From Pseudomonas phage vB_PpuP-Pori-2: DNA of 24,000 nucleotides. Made by a program: the position numbers and the translations under genes. The notes under the pieces are model-generated. The model did no database searches. It had not been told where the DNA came from and saw only the letters and a list, made by a program, of their open reading frames with translations. The stretch lies in the sequence record PP496466.1. One strand, 5' to 3'. Of this stretch, positions 6,515-15,519 are shown one piece after another (positions within the stretch are counted from its first letter, which is position 1; each line of letters starts with the position of its first letter).

Positions 6515-6946
6515 ATGACTGAAGCTACCGTTGCTACCCGTAAAGTCCTGACCTCCGTTGAGAAGATCGCTCAACTGGAAGCCCGCATTGCCGCAGACAC
6601 CGCCAAGCTGGCTGAGTTGCAGGCTGAGGTGGCGAACAAAGCTGCATTCGAGAACGTCGGTGCCGGTGATGTGGTCGTGTTCACACTGGGCCGTGCCGAA
6701 ACTAAGCGCACCCTGAAAGGTTCGGTCATCGCTCGCGGTGAAGTGGACGGCAAGGATGTGGTCAAGGTAATTGCAGGCGAAGGCTTGGCCACCGCTGTGT
6801 ACCAAGTCAAGGTGTCCGAGCTGGACGCAGTGAACCCAGTTGCCGAGGCTGCTGTTGAGTCCGACCCGCTGGCTGAAGAAGACGACCTGCTGTCCAGCAA
6901 CGTATCGGCAGAGACCGAAGCTGCGCTGAACGCTGTCGTACTGTAA
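6515..6946 (+). CDS. Hypothetical protein with N-terminal coiled coil and acidic C-terminal part
   Basis: MTEATVATRKVLTSVEKIAQLEARIAADTAKLAELQAEV...; internal ATG 6515 preferred over track start 6473. Confidence 0.75.
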   Translation: MTEATVATRKVLTSVEKIAQLEARIAADTAKLAELQAEVANKAAFENVGAGDVVVFTLGRAETKRTLKGSVIARGEVDGKDVVKVIAGEGLATAVYQVKVSELDAVNPVAEAAVESDPLAEEDDLLSSNVSAETEAALNAVVL

Positions 6947-7656
6947 TGCACTTGGTGGTTGACGGGCTGACGTGCATCCCTCAACAGGCGTGGCTCCACC
7001 CGGAGCTGCGCCAACACCTGCCTGCTCTCAAGAGTTTAGCCCGAGTCTTGACAGAGGGTGGGCACGAGATCCCAACCATTGTAGTAGACACGGAACTCGA
7101 TGCACTGAAGTGGTTGCAGCGGGGCTGGGAGACTGGCCGCGTGTACTCCATCCCTATGTTCTCCGAAGAGTATTGCGACAAGCTCATAGCTGAAGCTGAC
7201 TGCATGCACTACGAGGTGAATGAGGATGAGGAGCAGCCGTACCAGATACCCGAGGTGGTGCTAGCCAACGAGTGCGAGGCACTGCACAAGTGTATGGCTG
7301 TGTACCTCAAGGAGATCATCGTACCAATCTGCGAGATCCTGTTTGGCTCATCGCCTACATGGATCAGCTCCATCCAGCTAGCCCGGTACACACCGCAAGG
7401 TGTAGGCCACGGCAACTGGCACGTAGATGCAGACAGCCTGTTCACTGCGGTAGTCAGCCTCAACCCTGAGTCATTCAAGGGTGGCGGCACTGACATCCGC
7501 ACTGGCCCACTGAGCTACAGTCACATCCCCGCTCTACCTAAAGGCCATGCCTTGTTGTTCCACGGTAAGACCACACTGCATCGAGGGTGTGAGGTTACCG
7601 AAGGACGCCGCGACCTGCTCGTATTCTGGTCAGAGGTTAAAGATGGACAGCCTTAA
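6946..7656 (+). CDS. 2OG-Fe(II) oxygenase-like (prolyl-4-hydroxylase-type fold) protein
   Basis: GNWHVDADSLFTAVVSLNP (H159-x-D161), GGGTDIRTG, PKGHALLFHGKTTLHRGCEVTEGRRDLLVFW (H212, R221/R222). Confidence 0.8.
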   Translation: MHLVVDGLTCIPQQAWLHPELRQHLPALKSLARVLTEGGHEIPTIVVDTELDALKWLQRGWETGRVYSIPMFSEEYCDKLIAEADCMHYEVNEDEEQPYQIPEVVLANECEALHKCMAVYLKEIIVPICEILFGSSPTWISSIQLARYTPQGVGHGNWHVDADSLFTAVVSLNPESFKGGGTDIRTGPLSYSHIPALPKGHALLFHGKTTLHRGCEVTEGRRDLLVFWSEVKDGQP

Positions 7657-7885
7657 ATTCACAGCCGACCTGCGCGGAGTGCGCGGGGTACGCTGGTTTA
7701 CAGTTCAGGATGGTGAGGACATCTATGTCCACGCCGATGACGGTGACTTCCAAGATCGCATCAAGATCCCGAAGCACCACCCACGAATCAAAGACATGGT
7801 GTACTCCGCAGTGCTGGCGTTAGAGTCACACGTCCGGCGCCGCCGCTTGAACATCTGTCGCCAACAGTACGGGATACTCCACTGA
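7643..7885 (+). CDS. Small hypothetical protein (80 aa)
   Basis: MDSLKFTADLRGVRGVRW...; internal start of track ORF 7547..7885, overlaps upstream gene by 14 nt. Confidence 0.55.
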   Translation: MDSLKFTADLRGVRGVRWFTVQDGEDIYVHADDGDFQDRIKIPKHHPRIKDMVYSAVLALESHVRRRRLNICRQQYGILH

Positions 7886-8010
7886 TGTTAGACGGAATCG
7901 TTGCGTTCATTGAGCGGTATGTGAAGGTGCCACTCTGGTTGTTCCTCGTTGTGGCCAGCAAGTTTGGCTACGACATCGTTGCTATGTTTGGCCTGCTTGG
8001 TGCAGCATGA
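7885..8010 (+). CDS. Uncalled micro-ORF, 41-aa hydrophobic peptide MLDGIVAFIERYVKVPLWLFLVVASKFGYDIVAMFGLLGAA
   Basis: TGATG junction with the upstream gene, ATGA junction with the next. Confidence 0.5.
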   Translation: MLDGIVAFIERYVKVPLWLFLVVASKFGYDIVAMFGLLGAA

Positions 8011-8081
8011 AGTTCCTCTACATGAGTGACGACTACTGCCCGTGGTGCGGCAAGCCTTGGCATGGACCAAGTATGTGTTGA
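8007..8081 (+). CDS. Uncalled micro-ORF, 24-aa CxxC peptide MKFLYMSDDYCPWCGKPWHGPSMC
   Basis: ATGA overlap with 7885..8010, ends 8 nt before primase ATG. Confidence 0.4.
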   Translation: MKFLYMSDDYCPWCGKPWHGPSMC

Positions 8082-8089
8082 GGTGATGT

Positions 8090-8971
8090 ATGCTGCGGCC
8101 AGAGTCATGGCTGCCACAAGCACAGGCGCTGGGCTTAGGTCATAAGCATCGGTGCGGTCATGACTGCGGGCCGGGACAGGTGCTGATCGTAGAGCACAAG
8201 GCTGAGGGCTGGTCGGCGTATTGTTTCCGGTGCGATGATCGCGGCTGGAAGTCAAAGCCACTGCCCACCCTTGGCGAGCGACTGGCCCTGCGTGATGCTG
8301 TGCGTGAGGCAGAGCAGGTAATCGAGAACGACCCGCGACCACCCCAGCCGTGTGAGTTCGACATCACACAGTGGCCACTACAGGCACGGGTGTGGTTGTA
8401 CAAAGCAGCACTGACCAACGAGGACATCCAGCATCTGGGCATCTACTACCACCCACCCACTAAGCGTGTGGTACTGCCGGTGCTGGACAATGGCGAGCTG
8501 ATCTACTGGCAGGCTCGCCGTATCTTTGGGGACGCAGGCCCGAAGTACCTCAACCCAGTAGTCTCTCGTGGCTCCGTAGTGCCACGGTTTGGCAGCGGCC
8601 CTGCCATCGTACTGACCGAGGACATCCTGTCCGCTGTACGCTGTGGCATGGCGGCAGAGGCATGGTCCCTGATGGGCGTCAAGCTATGCGACCCAGTGCT
8701 GGCACGGCTGATGGCGGACACTCGCCCCGTGCTGGTGTGGCTTGACCCGGATAAGGCAGGATGGAATGGGGCCGCTGCCATTGAGCGCACGCTATCGCTA
8801 GCTGGTGTGCCGCACGCAGTAATCAACAGCGCCAAAGATCCCAAGCTACTGAGCAGGGCTGAGGTGGCGCGGCATATACAGGAGGCACTATCAAGTGTCA
8901 CTCGACATCACACTGCTGCAAGTAATGAAGCACAAGAAGGAGTACCTTCGACTGCACCGCACGGTGAATGA
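8090..8971 (+). CDS. DNA primase (zinc-binding plus TOPRIM domain)
   Basis: HKHRCGHDCG...YCFRCDDRGWK zinc-binding-like region; toprim-like LTEDILSAVRCG and VLVWLDPDKAGWNGAA. Confidence 0.88.
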   Translation: MLRPESWLPQAQALGLGHKHRCGHDCGPGQVLIVEHKAEGWSAYCFRCDDRGWKSKPLPTLGERLALRDAVREAEQVIENDPRPPQPCEFDITQWPLQARVWLYKAALTNEDIQHLGIYYHPPTKRVVLPVLDNGELIYWQARRIFGDAGPKYLNPVVSRGSVVPRFGSGPAIVLTEDILSAVRCGMAAEAWSLMGVKLCDPVLARLMADTRPVLVWLDPDKAGWNGAAAIERTLSLAGVPHAVINSAKDPKLLSRAEVARHIQEALSSVTRHHTAASNEAQEGVPSTAPHGE

Positions 8972-10382
8972 CCGAGCCTTCGATCTCCGCACCTCGACTG
9001 TGCTAGCTGACTTCGGGAAATACTTTGACGAGTTCCCCGACTGCACCAAGATCCCAGTCGATGCTGAGTTTGGTACGTGGTTCACGGTTGCGCACCGTAC
9101 TGTAAAGCAGGAGGACATGGCTGTCTTCCGACAGATGTTCAAGCAGGTAGCACAGGAACCAACCGACGAGGTGAAGACTGCGCTGGTCGGCAGCCTGCTG
9201 GAAGCTAACGTGGCTGTGCTTGTCTCAGACATAGCCGAGCGGTACACACGGGGCGACGAGGTAGCACTGGCCAAGGCACTGCGCCGTATCGTAGATGAGT
9301 ACGAGGCGGACGTGGAACGCAAGGTCAAGATCCCTTTCGTTGACATCGGCGACAACTTGTTCAAGGACGCGGTGAACAACACCGGCCTGACGTGGAGGCT
9401 CGATGCGCTTAATCTCAGTATGCGGCCACTGCGAGTCGGTGACTTCGGTATCCTTGCAGCGCGGCCAGACGCTGGCAAGACGTCGTTCATTGCAGACAAC
9501 ATCACCTACATGGCACCGCAGATACCGGCCAACTTTGAGAACGGTAACCGACCGATCATCTGGTTCAACAACGAGGGGCCGGGTGAGCGTATCCAAGAGC
9601 GCATCATTCAAGCAGCACTCGGTCTGCCAGCGTCCAAGCTTGTTAAGTTACAGAAGGCTGGTCGCCTCTGGCAGGACTACACGCTTGCAATCGGTGGTGA
9701 TCTACTGCGTATCCGAGTGCTTGACGTGCACGGCTACAAGTCATGGCAGATAGAGGAGATCATTAAGCAGACGAACCCAGCGCTCGTCGTGTTCGACATG
9801 ATCGACAACATCAAGTTCGATGGGGATGTACTCAATGGTGGCCAGCGGACTGACCAAGTTCTCGAAGGCATGTATCAGTGGGCGCGTGAGTTGGCGGTAC
9901 GCTTCAAACTCATTGCACTTGCGACTAGCCAGATCAGCGCCGATGGGGACGGCTTGGCCTACCCAACCTTGGGCATGCTCAAGGACAGCAAGACTGGTAA
10001 GCAGGGCGCTGCTGATTTCATCATCACTCTCGGTAAGAAGAACGAGGCGGCTTACGAAAACATCCGCTTCATCGGGCTTACTAAGAACAAGCTGCACGTC
10101 GAAGGCCAGAAGCGTAGCCCCGCGACCGAGGTTATCTTTGCTGCTACCGAGGGCAGGTTCTACTCTATCAAGGAGTCTAAGGTAAGTGTCGATATTAACG
10201 ATGGACGTGGAGACGACGATCAGGTCGAGCTTCCAACGCAAGGCGAATCCGTTCGATCCCCTGAACTGGGTGGTGTGGACGGGGGCAAAGGATCTGAAGG
10301 GGGCAGTGGACTGCCAGCGGATCTCAGCCCCGGAGCTGACCAAGGGGTGGCTGGCGAGGATGCTCTCGCACTACTCACCTAA
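8895..10382 (+). CDS. Replicative DNA helicase, T7 gp4C/DnaB-like
   Basis: Walker A LAARPDAGKTSF, Walker B ALVVFDMIDNIK, LIALATSQIS; GTG start 8895 with SD caggagg 9 nt upstream. Confidence 0.9.
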   Translation: MSLDITLLQVMKHKKEYLRLHRTVNDRAFDLRTSTVLADFGKYFDEFPDCTKIPVDAEFGTWFTVAHRTVKQEDMAVFRQMFKQVAQEPTDEVKTALVGSLLEANVAVLVSDIAERYTRGDEVALAKALRRIVDEYEADVERKVKIPFVDIGDNLFKDAVNNTGLTWRLDALNLSMRPLRVGDFGILAARPDAGKTSFIADNITYMAPQIPANFENGNRPIIWFNNEGPGERIQERIIQAALGLPASKLVKLQKAGRLWQDYTLAIGGDLLRIRVLDVHGYKSWQIEEIIKQTNPALVVFDMIDNIKFDGDVLNGGQRTDQVLEGMYQWARELAVRFKLIALATSQISADGDGLAYPTLGMLKDSKTGKQGAADFIITLGKKNEAAYENIRFIGLTKNKLHVEGQKRSPATEVIFAATEGRFYSIKESKVSVDINDGRGDDDQVELPTQGESVRSPELGGVDGGKGSEGGSGLPADLSPGADQGVAGEDALALLT

Positions 10383-12477
10383 GATCATGGTCGGCTTCAA
10401 CATCAAGTTCGACATCCTGCATGCGATCTACCGCGACGAGGAGAACCTCGACGCATGGATGGATTGGATCGTAGCGGGTGGCCAGCTGTGGGACTGCCAG
10501 CTTGCAGAGTATCTGCTTGAAGGCATGGTGCCTGAGGCGCAGATCCTGTCGCTTGATGAGGTGGCTCCAAGGTACGGCGGCGTAGTCAAGATCGATGAGG
10601 TCAAGGCTATGTGGGAGGCGGGCATTGATACGCCTGACATCCCTGATGACCTGATGATGAAGTACCTGCCGGGTGACTTGACCAACACGGAGAAGGTATT
10701 CGTCGGTCAGTACACCAGAGCCAAGGCAGTCGGCCAGACCAAGAGCATCATGCTGAACATGGGTAGCTTAGTCTACACCATCGAAGCTGAGCGCAATGGT
10801 ATGTGCATCGACCAAGAGCTGGGCCATGTACTGGCCAAGGAACTGAGCGACGAGATCGTTGAGCTGGCAGCACGGCTGAACCAGTACATCCCTGCGGACT
10901 TCCCAACGGAGTTCAAGTGGACGAGCCGGTTCCACCAGTCAGCATTGATCTTCGGCGGGCCGGTGAAGTACGAGGTTGACGAGCCCATCTTTGATGAGGC
11001 AATGCAGCCTGTATACTATCAGCTCAAGGAAGTGCAGTACGTTAAGAAGGATGGTACGACAACGCCGGACATGATGGACCCGGACATTGCGTACTACGCT
11101 AGCGGCAAGAACTCAGGGCAGGCGAAGACCAAGCAGGTCACCGTGCCCGACGTTGCCAGAGGTCAGAAGACCCGCAAGGCAGACCGTGTGTACCAGCTCC
11201 CCGGATTCACTAAGCCTGATCCGAGCTGGGAGAGTAGCACCGATGGTGTGTACTCTGTAGCGGGGGAAGTAATCGAGGCGCTAGGTAATCGCGACATCCC
11301 ATTCCTTAAAGACTTGGCACGGCGTGCCCGGTTGACCAAGGACTTGGGCACGTACTTCATCGTCACTGATCCGAAGACTGGCGAGCAGTCAGGCATGCTC
11401 ACACTGGTGCAGCTCGACGGCTGTATCCACGGACAGTTCAACCACACCCTCACTGTGACTGGGCGATTCAGCTCAAGCAAGCCGAACCTACAGAACCTGT
11501 CGGGTAAGGACAAGTCGAAGGTTAAGTCTGTGTTCATCAGCCGGTGGCGAGAGCACGGCGTGATCTGCCAGTCTGACTTCACTTCGCTTGAGGTGTACAT
11601 CCAAGCCGTACTCACCGGCGACAAGCAGTTGATCGCTGACCTGCTAGCTGGACTCGACATGCACTGCGTGAAGGCTGCGGCCAAGGCGCACGTTGACTAC
11701 GAGTTCGTGATGCAGAAGGTGAAGGTGGACAAAGATCCTGAGTGGATCTTCAAGCGGAAGAAGGCGAAGGAGTATTCATTCCAGCGGGCGTATGGTGCAG
11801 GGGCTGCGGCCATTGCATTGTCAACTGGCATGGACATCGAGGAAGTCAAGGAACTCATTGCAGTTGACCAAGCCCGCTACCCACAGATCGACCCGTGGTA
11901 CGAAGGTATCACCAAGGTTATCGAGGGCAGCAAGCGTGGTATCCGTAAGGTGATTCCTCACCCTAACTTCCCGGCCAAGCAGTGCGAGCTGCGCACCGGG
12001 TACTGGCGTGCACCAGACAACAAGCTGTATGCGTGGCTGGAGCAACCAGCACCTAAGTTCGTGGTCGAGCGGGAGGGCCGGTTCACTGGCTTCACTCCGA
12101 CGGAGATCAAGAACTACCCAGTGCAAGGGACAGGTGGTGAGTGGGCCAAGGCTGCGATGTGGCTGGCAGTGCGTGCGTTCTATGCACGTAAGAACTTCGG
12201 CGGCAAGGCGCTGCTGATCAGCCAAGTACACGACGCCTGTTACGGTGACTTCCACAATGACGTAAGGGACGAGGCCGCTGCGTTGCTTCATGCTTGCATG
12301 GAGTCGGCGTCTGAGTTCATGCAATACTACTTCGGCTGGCACCAGCCAGTGCACGTACCGAGTGAGACTACTTGGGGTGCAAGCATGATCGAGGAGCAAG
12401 ACATTCCCGGCGTGAAGGACAACGCCAAGAAGTACCGTGAACAACTCCGTGAAACTTATATGAAGGTGGCAGCATGA
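10186..12477 (+). CDS. Family A DNA polymerase (T7 type) with 3'-5' exonuclease domain
   Basis: Exo I MDVETT, exo II GFNIKFD, motif A QSDFTSLEVYI, motif B KKAKEYSFQRAYGAG, motif C QVHDACYGD; GTG start 10186 or ATG 10201. Confidence 0.95.
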   Translation: MSILTMDVETTIRSSFQRKANPFDPLNWVVWTGAKDLKGAVDCQRISAPELTKGWLARMLSHYSPKIMVGFNIKFDILHAIYRDEENLDAWMDWIVAGGQLWDCQLAEYLLEGMVPEAQILSLDEVAPRYGGVVKIDEVKAMWEAGIDTPDIPDDLMMKYLPGDLTNTEKVFVGQYTRAKAVGQTKSIMLNMGSLVYTIEAERNGMCIDQELGHVLAKELSDEIVELAARLNQYIPADFPTEFKWTSRFHQSALIFGGPVKYEVDEPIFDEAMQPVYYQLKEVQYVKKDGTTTPDMMDPDIAYYASGKNSGQAKTKQVTVPDVARGQKTRKADRVYQLPGFTKPDPSWESSTDGVYSVAGEVIEALGNRDIPFLKDLARRARLTKDLGTYFIVTDPKTGEQSGMLTLVQLDGCIHGQFNHTLTVTGRFSSSKPNLQNLSGKDKSKVKSVFISRWREHGVICQSDFTSLEVYIQAVLTGDKQLIADLLAGLDMHCVKAAAKAHVDYEFVMQKVKVDKDPEWIFKRKKAKEYSFQRAYGAGAAAIALSTGMDIEEVKELIAVDQARYPQIDPWYEGITKVIEGSKRGIRKVIPHPNFPAKQCELRTGYWRAPDNKLYAWLEQPAPKFVVEREGRFTGFTPTEIKNYPVQGTGGEWAKAAMWLAVRAFYARKNFGGKALLISQVHDACYGDFHNDVRDEAAALLHACMESASEFMQYYFGWHQPVHVPSETTWGASMIEEQDIPGVKDNAKKYREQLRETYMKVAA

Positions 12478-13364
12478 CCGATCCAGTACAGGCAGCAATC
12501 CAAGCAGCAATCGCCAAGGCCGCTGCACAATCCAACCACGGCGAAGCTACCAAGGGCGGCGGCGGTGACATGGAACCGGCCAAGCCGGGGCTCACCATCC
12601 TCACACTGGTCAGCTACATCGAGATCGGCAAGCAGCTGCACGAGATCCCGAACAAGCCAAGCTGGGAAAGCGACGACGTGCTGCTGGTGTTTGAGATGAA
12701 CGGCGGCGCGAACAAGGCGAAGGAAGTGGAAGGCAAGCTGTATCCTAAGCGCGTTGAAGTGCAGGAGAAGCTGAGCCAGAACGAGAAGGCTAACTACCTG
12801 AAGATCTTCAACCAGCTGAACTACGATGGCCAAGCCACTCACGGTTCCCAGCTGGTGGGCAAGCACTTCCTCGCCAACGTGTTCGTGAATGACAAGGGCT
12901 ACCCTAGTCTGAAGGGACCGAACGGCTACAACTTCCAAGCGCCTATCGTAATCAAGGGCGATCCTCTGGACCCAGAGCAGCAGACCAAGCACCCAGTGCC
13001 AGCGCCTGCCCGCTCCGACTCCACCAACCGTGTGTTCTTGTGGGACTACGCATGTCAAGAGATGTGGGATTCGATCTTCATCGACGGGGAGTACGAGGCG
13101 CGGAAGGACGAGAAGACCGGCAAGGAGTATCCAGCCAAGTCGAAGAACAAGTTCCAGATCCTGATCAAGAAGGCGCTGAACTTCCAAGGCTCACCGATCC
13201 AGAAGATCTTGGGCGAGGAAGCACTGAGCCTGAGCGATTCGCCAATCGGTGGCGACGATGCACTGTCGGGTACTGCCGAGCAGGAGAGTGTTGCTACGCA
13301 GAGTCAGTCGGTGAGCGAAGCTTCTGCCAGTGCAGCTGCTGATCCACTCGACGGCCTGCTGTAA
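12474..13364 (+). CDS. Putative single-stranded DNA-binding protein
   Basis: Position between DNA polymerase and exonuclease; low-complexity tail ending ADPLDGLL as in SSB-like proteins; no diagnostic motif. Confidence 0.5.
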   Translation: MTDPVQAAIQAAIAKAAAQSNHGEATKGGGGDMEPAKPGLTILTLVSYIEIGKQLHEIPNKPSWESDDVLLVFEMNGGANKAKEVEGKLYPKRVEVQEKLSQNEKANYLKIFNQLNYDGQATHGSQLVGKHFLANVFVNDKGYPSLKGPNGYNFQAPIVIKGDPLDPEQQTKHPVPAPARSDSTNRVFLWDYACQEMWDSIFIDGEYEARKDEKTGKEYPAKSKNKFQILIKKALNFQGSPIQKILGEEALSLSDSPIGGDDALSGTAEQESVATQSQSVSEASASAAADPLDGLL

Positions 13365-14341
13365 TGGACGCGGTAGCTGCGGCAATCGCCAAGGCTGCCG
13401 CCGAACAGGCCATGCCAGCCCCGCTCCAAGTACCAGCAATGGTGCCGGGGCGGGTGCTGCTGGTTGACGGCGACTACCTTGCGTACTACTGCGGAGGCAG
13501 TGTTGACAAGGACACGTCAGTAGGCGAGAGCAGGAACGCAGCACGGGAACGTATCCAGCGATTCCAGATACTGAGCGGAGCAGAGAAGGTGGTCGTGCAC
13601 CTGACTGACAACGCCAGTAACAAGGGAGACAGGTACGTTGTGGCCACGGTCAAGCCCTACCAAGGGAACCGGGGCGGTAGCGCCAAGCCTAAGAACTGGG
13701 CATACCTGCGGGACTGGATGCAGACTGGCGGTGACGGACTGTTCAAGGTTAAGACATGGATGGATCGCGAGGCCGACGACGGCGCAGCGTACCACGCTAT
13801 GGTGCTTGGCCCTGACAAGTGCGTGATGACGATGGCCGACAAAGACTGGCGCATGATCCCCGGCTGGCACATCGACTGGAAGACTTGGATGCTGACGTAC
13901 ATGCAGCCCGGTGCATTCCTGATCGACGGCGCTGATGGGCATATGCACGGCGAGGCTTTCTTCTGGTATCAGTTGTTGGCCGGTGACACAGCCGACCACA
14001 TCCCCGGTCTGCCCTACTGGGTTAAGCCAACAGGGGCCAAGGAGAAGCTGGGCGAGGCCCGAGCCAGAGCACACATCGACAAGACTACGGACAACACGTC
14101 CGCCTTCCTGCGAGTGGGTGCACTGTACCGTACGACCTACGGCGAGAACTGGCCGGACGCACTGGCTGAGCAGATGGCTTTGTTGTGGATGCGGCGTGAT
14201 GCCAGCGGTTCCCTCGACGACTGCCTGACGTGGCTCGGCCCGGTAGTACAGAAGAACATGCGACCAGCCTTCGACAAGCTGATCGCCCGTGTAAACGCAG
14301 ACAAGGCCGCTGTCGAGGGCTTGCTTCCTTGGGAAGAATAA
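13364..14341 (+). CDS. 5'-3' exonuclease (T7 gp6/FEN-like)
   Basis: VLLVDGDYLAYY, FKVKTWMDREADDGAAYHA, VMTMADKDWRMI, LLAGDTADHIPGLP. Confidence 0.85.
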   Translation: MDAVAAAIAKAAAEQAMPAPLQVPAMVPGRVLLVDGDYLAYYCGGSVDKDTSVGESRNAARERIQRFQILSGAEKVVVHLTDNASNKGDRYVVATVKPYQGNRGGSAKPKNWAYLRDWMQTGGDGLFKVKTWMDREADDGAAYHAMVLGPDKCVMTMADKDWRMIPGWHIDWKTWMLTYMQPGAFLIDGADGHMHGEAFFWYQLLAGDTADHIPGLPYWVKPTGAKEKLGEARARAHIDKTTDNTSAFLRVGALYRTTYGENWPDALAEQMALLWMRRDASGSLDDCLTWLGPVVQKNMRPAFDKLIARVNADKAAVEGLLPWEE

Positions 14342-14718
14342 TGCAGAAGCTCACCTATTCACAGGTCGCCCCCGTTCGGGCTAACCTGCTGAACGTACAG
14401 GGTGGGCGCTGTGTGTTGTGCAAGAGGATACCGAAGGCCCCGTGTCTTGACCACTGCCATACTAATGGTTGGATCAGGGGCGTACTGTGTAGCGGATGCA
14501 ACGCTATGCTCGGTAAGCTGGAGAACAATCGTGGGCGCTATGGCTTGAGCGATAACGTCGCCTTCGCCACGTACCTACAGAACGTGTTCCAGTATCTCGC
14601 ACATCACAGCAGCGGCCCAACCAACACGCTACACCCAACCCACAAAACAGCAGACGAGAAGCGCCTCGCCCGCAATGCCAAGGCCAGAAAGGCCAGAGCA
14701 TCTAAGGAGACGCAATGA
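14341..14718 (+). CDS. Recombination endonuclease VII-like (Holliday junction resolvase family)
   Basis: GGRCVLCKRIPKAPCLDHCHTNGWIRGVLCSGCNAMLG: treble-clef HNH pattern. Confidence 0.9.
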   Translation: MQKLTYSQVAPVRANLLNVQGGRCVLCKRIPKAPCLDHCHTNGWIRGVLCSGCNAMLGKLENNRGRYGLSDNVAFATYLQNVFQYLAHHSSGPTNTLHPTHKTADEKRLARNAKARKARASKETQ

Positions 14719-15488
14719 AGATCGGCTTGCTTGACATCGAAACCGCACCAATCCGTGCCGCAGTCTGGGGCTTGTGGATGAACAACGTCGGGCTCAACAT
14801 GATTGAGCGTGACTGGTACATCCTGTCGTACTGTTTCAAGTGGCTTGGCGATCCCAAGATCCACTACAGCGACAAGCGCAAGAGCTGGGACAACGAGGAC
14901 GACACCGACCTGCTGACAGAACTGTGGAAGTTTCTGGACGAGGCGGACGTTATCGTGGCACAGAACGGGCGGCGCTTCGATGCGAAGAAGATCAACGCTC
15001 GCTTCATCCTCAACGGCTTCCCGCCGCCATCGCCGTACAAAATCGTGGATACACTGGAGCAGGCCAAGGCCAGCTTCGGCTTCACCAGCAACAAGCTGGA
15101 GTACATGACTGACAAGTTGTGTACTGTGAAGAAGATCAAGCACAACGAGTTCCCCGGCTTTGAGCTGTGGAAGGAGTGCTTGCTTGGTAACCAGAAGGCG
15201 TGGCGCTGCATGAAGAAGTACAACATCCAAGACGTTACGTCAATGGAAGAGTTGTACCTGATCATGCTGCCGTGGATGAAAGGCCATCCGAACTACGGGT
15301 TGTACATGAACCCAGACGAACCATGCTGCAATCGTTGCGGCTCGACAAAGGTACAGAAACGTGGAACATACAAGACCGATGTGGGAGTGTACCAACGCTA
15401 TAACTGTACGGGCTGCGGTGGCTGGCTGCGCGGGCGACAGTTGCTTAATCCCGCCGAAGCGCGACGCCGACTGCTCACCGGCATTTAA
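14715..15488 (+). CDS. DEDD-type 3'-5' exonuclease with C-terminal zinc ribbon
   Basis: LLDIETAP, VIVAQNGRRFDAKKINARF, KYNIQDVTSMEELY; C-terminal CNRCGSTKVQKRGTY...YQRYNCTGCGGW. Confidence 0.8.
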   Translation: MKIGLLDIETAPIRAAVWGLWMNNVGLNMIERDWYILSYCFKWLGDPKIHYSDKRKSWDNEDDTDLLTELWKFLDEADVIVAQNGRRFDAKKINARFILNGFPPPSPYKIVDTLEQAKASFGFTSNKLEYMTDKLCTVKKIKHNEFPGFELWKECLLGNQKAWRCMKKYNIQDVTSMEELYLIMLPWMKGHPNYGLYMNPDEPCCNRCGSTKVQKRGTYKTDVGVYQRYNCTGCGGWLRGRQLLNPAEARRRLLTGI

Positions 15489-15519
15489 GTGCAGATCTCC
15501 TCACTGTGAGTGCAGCGAA

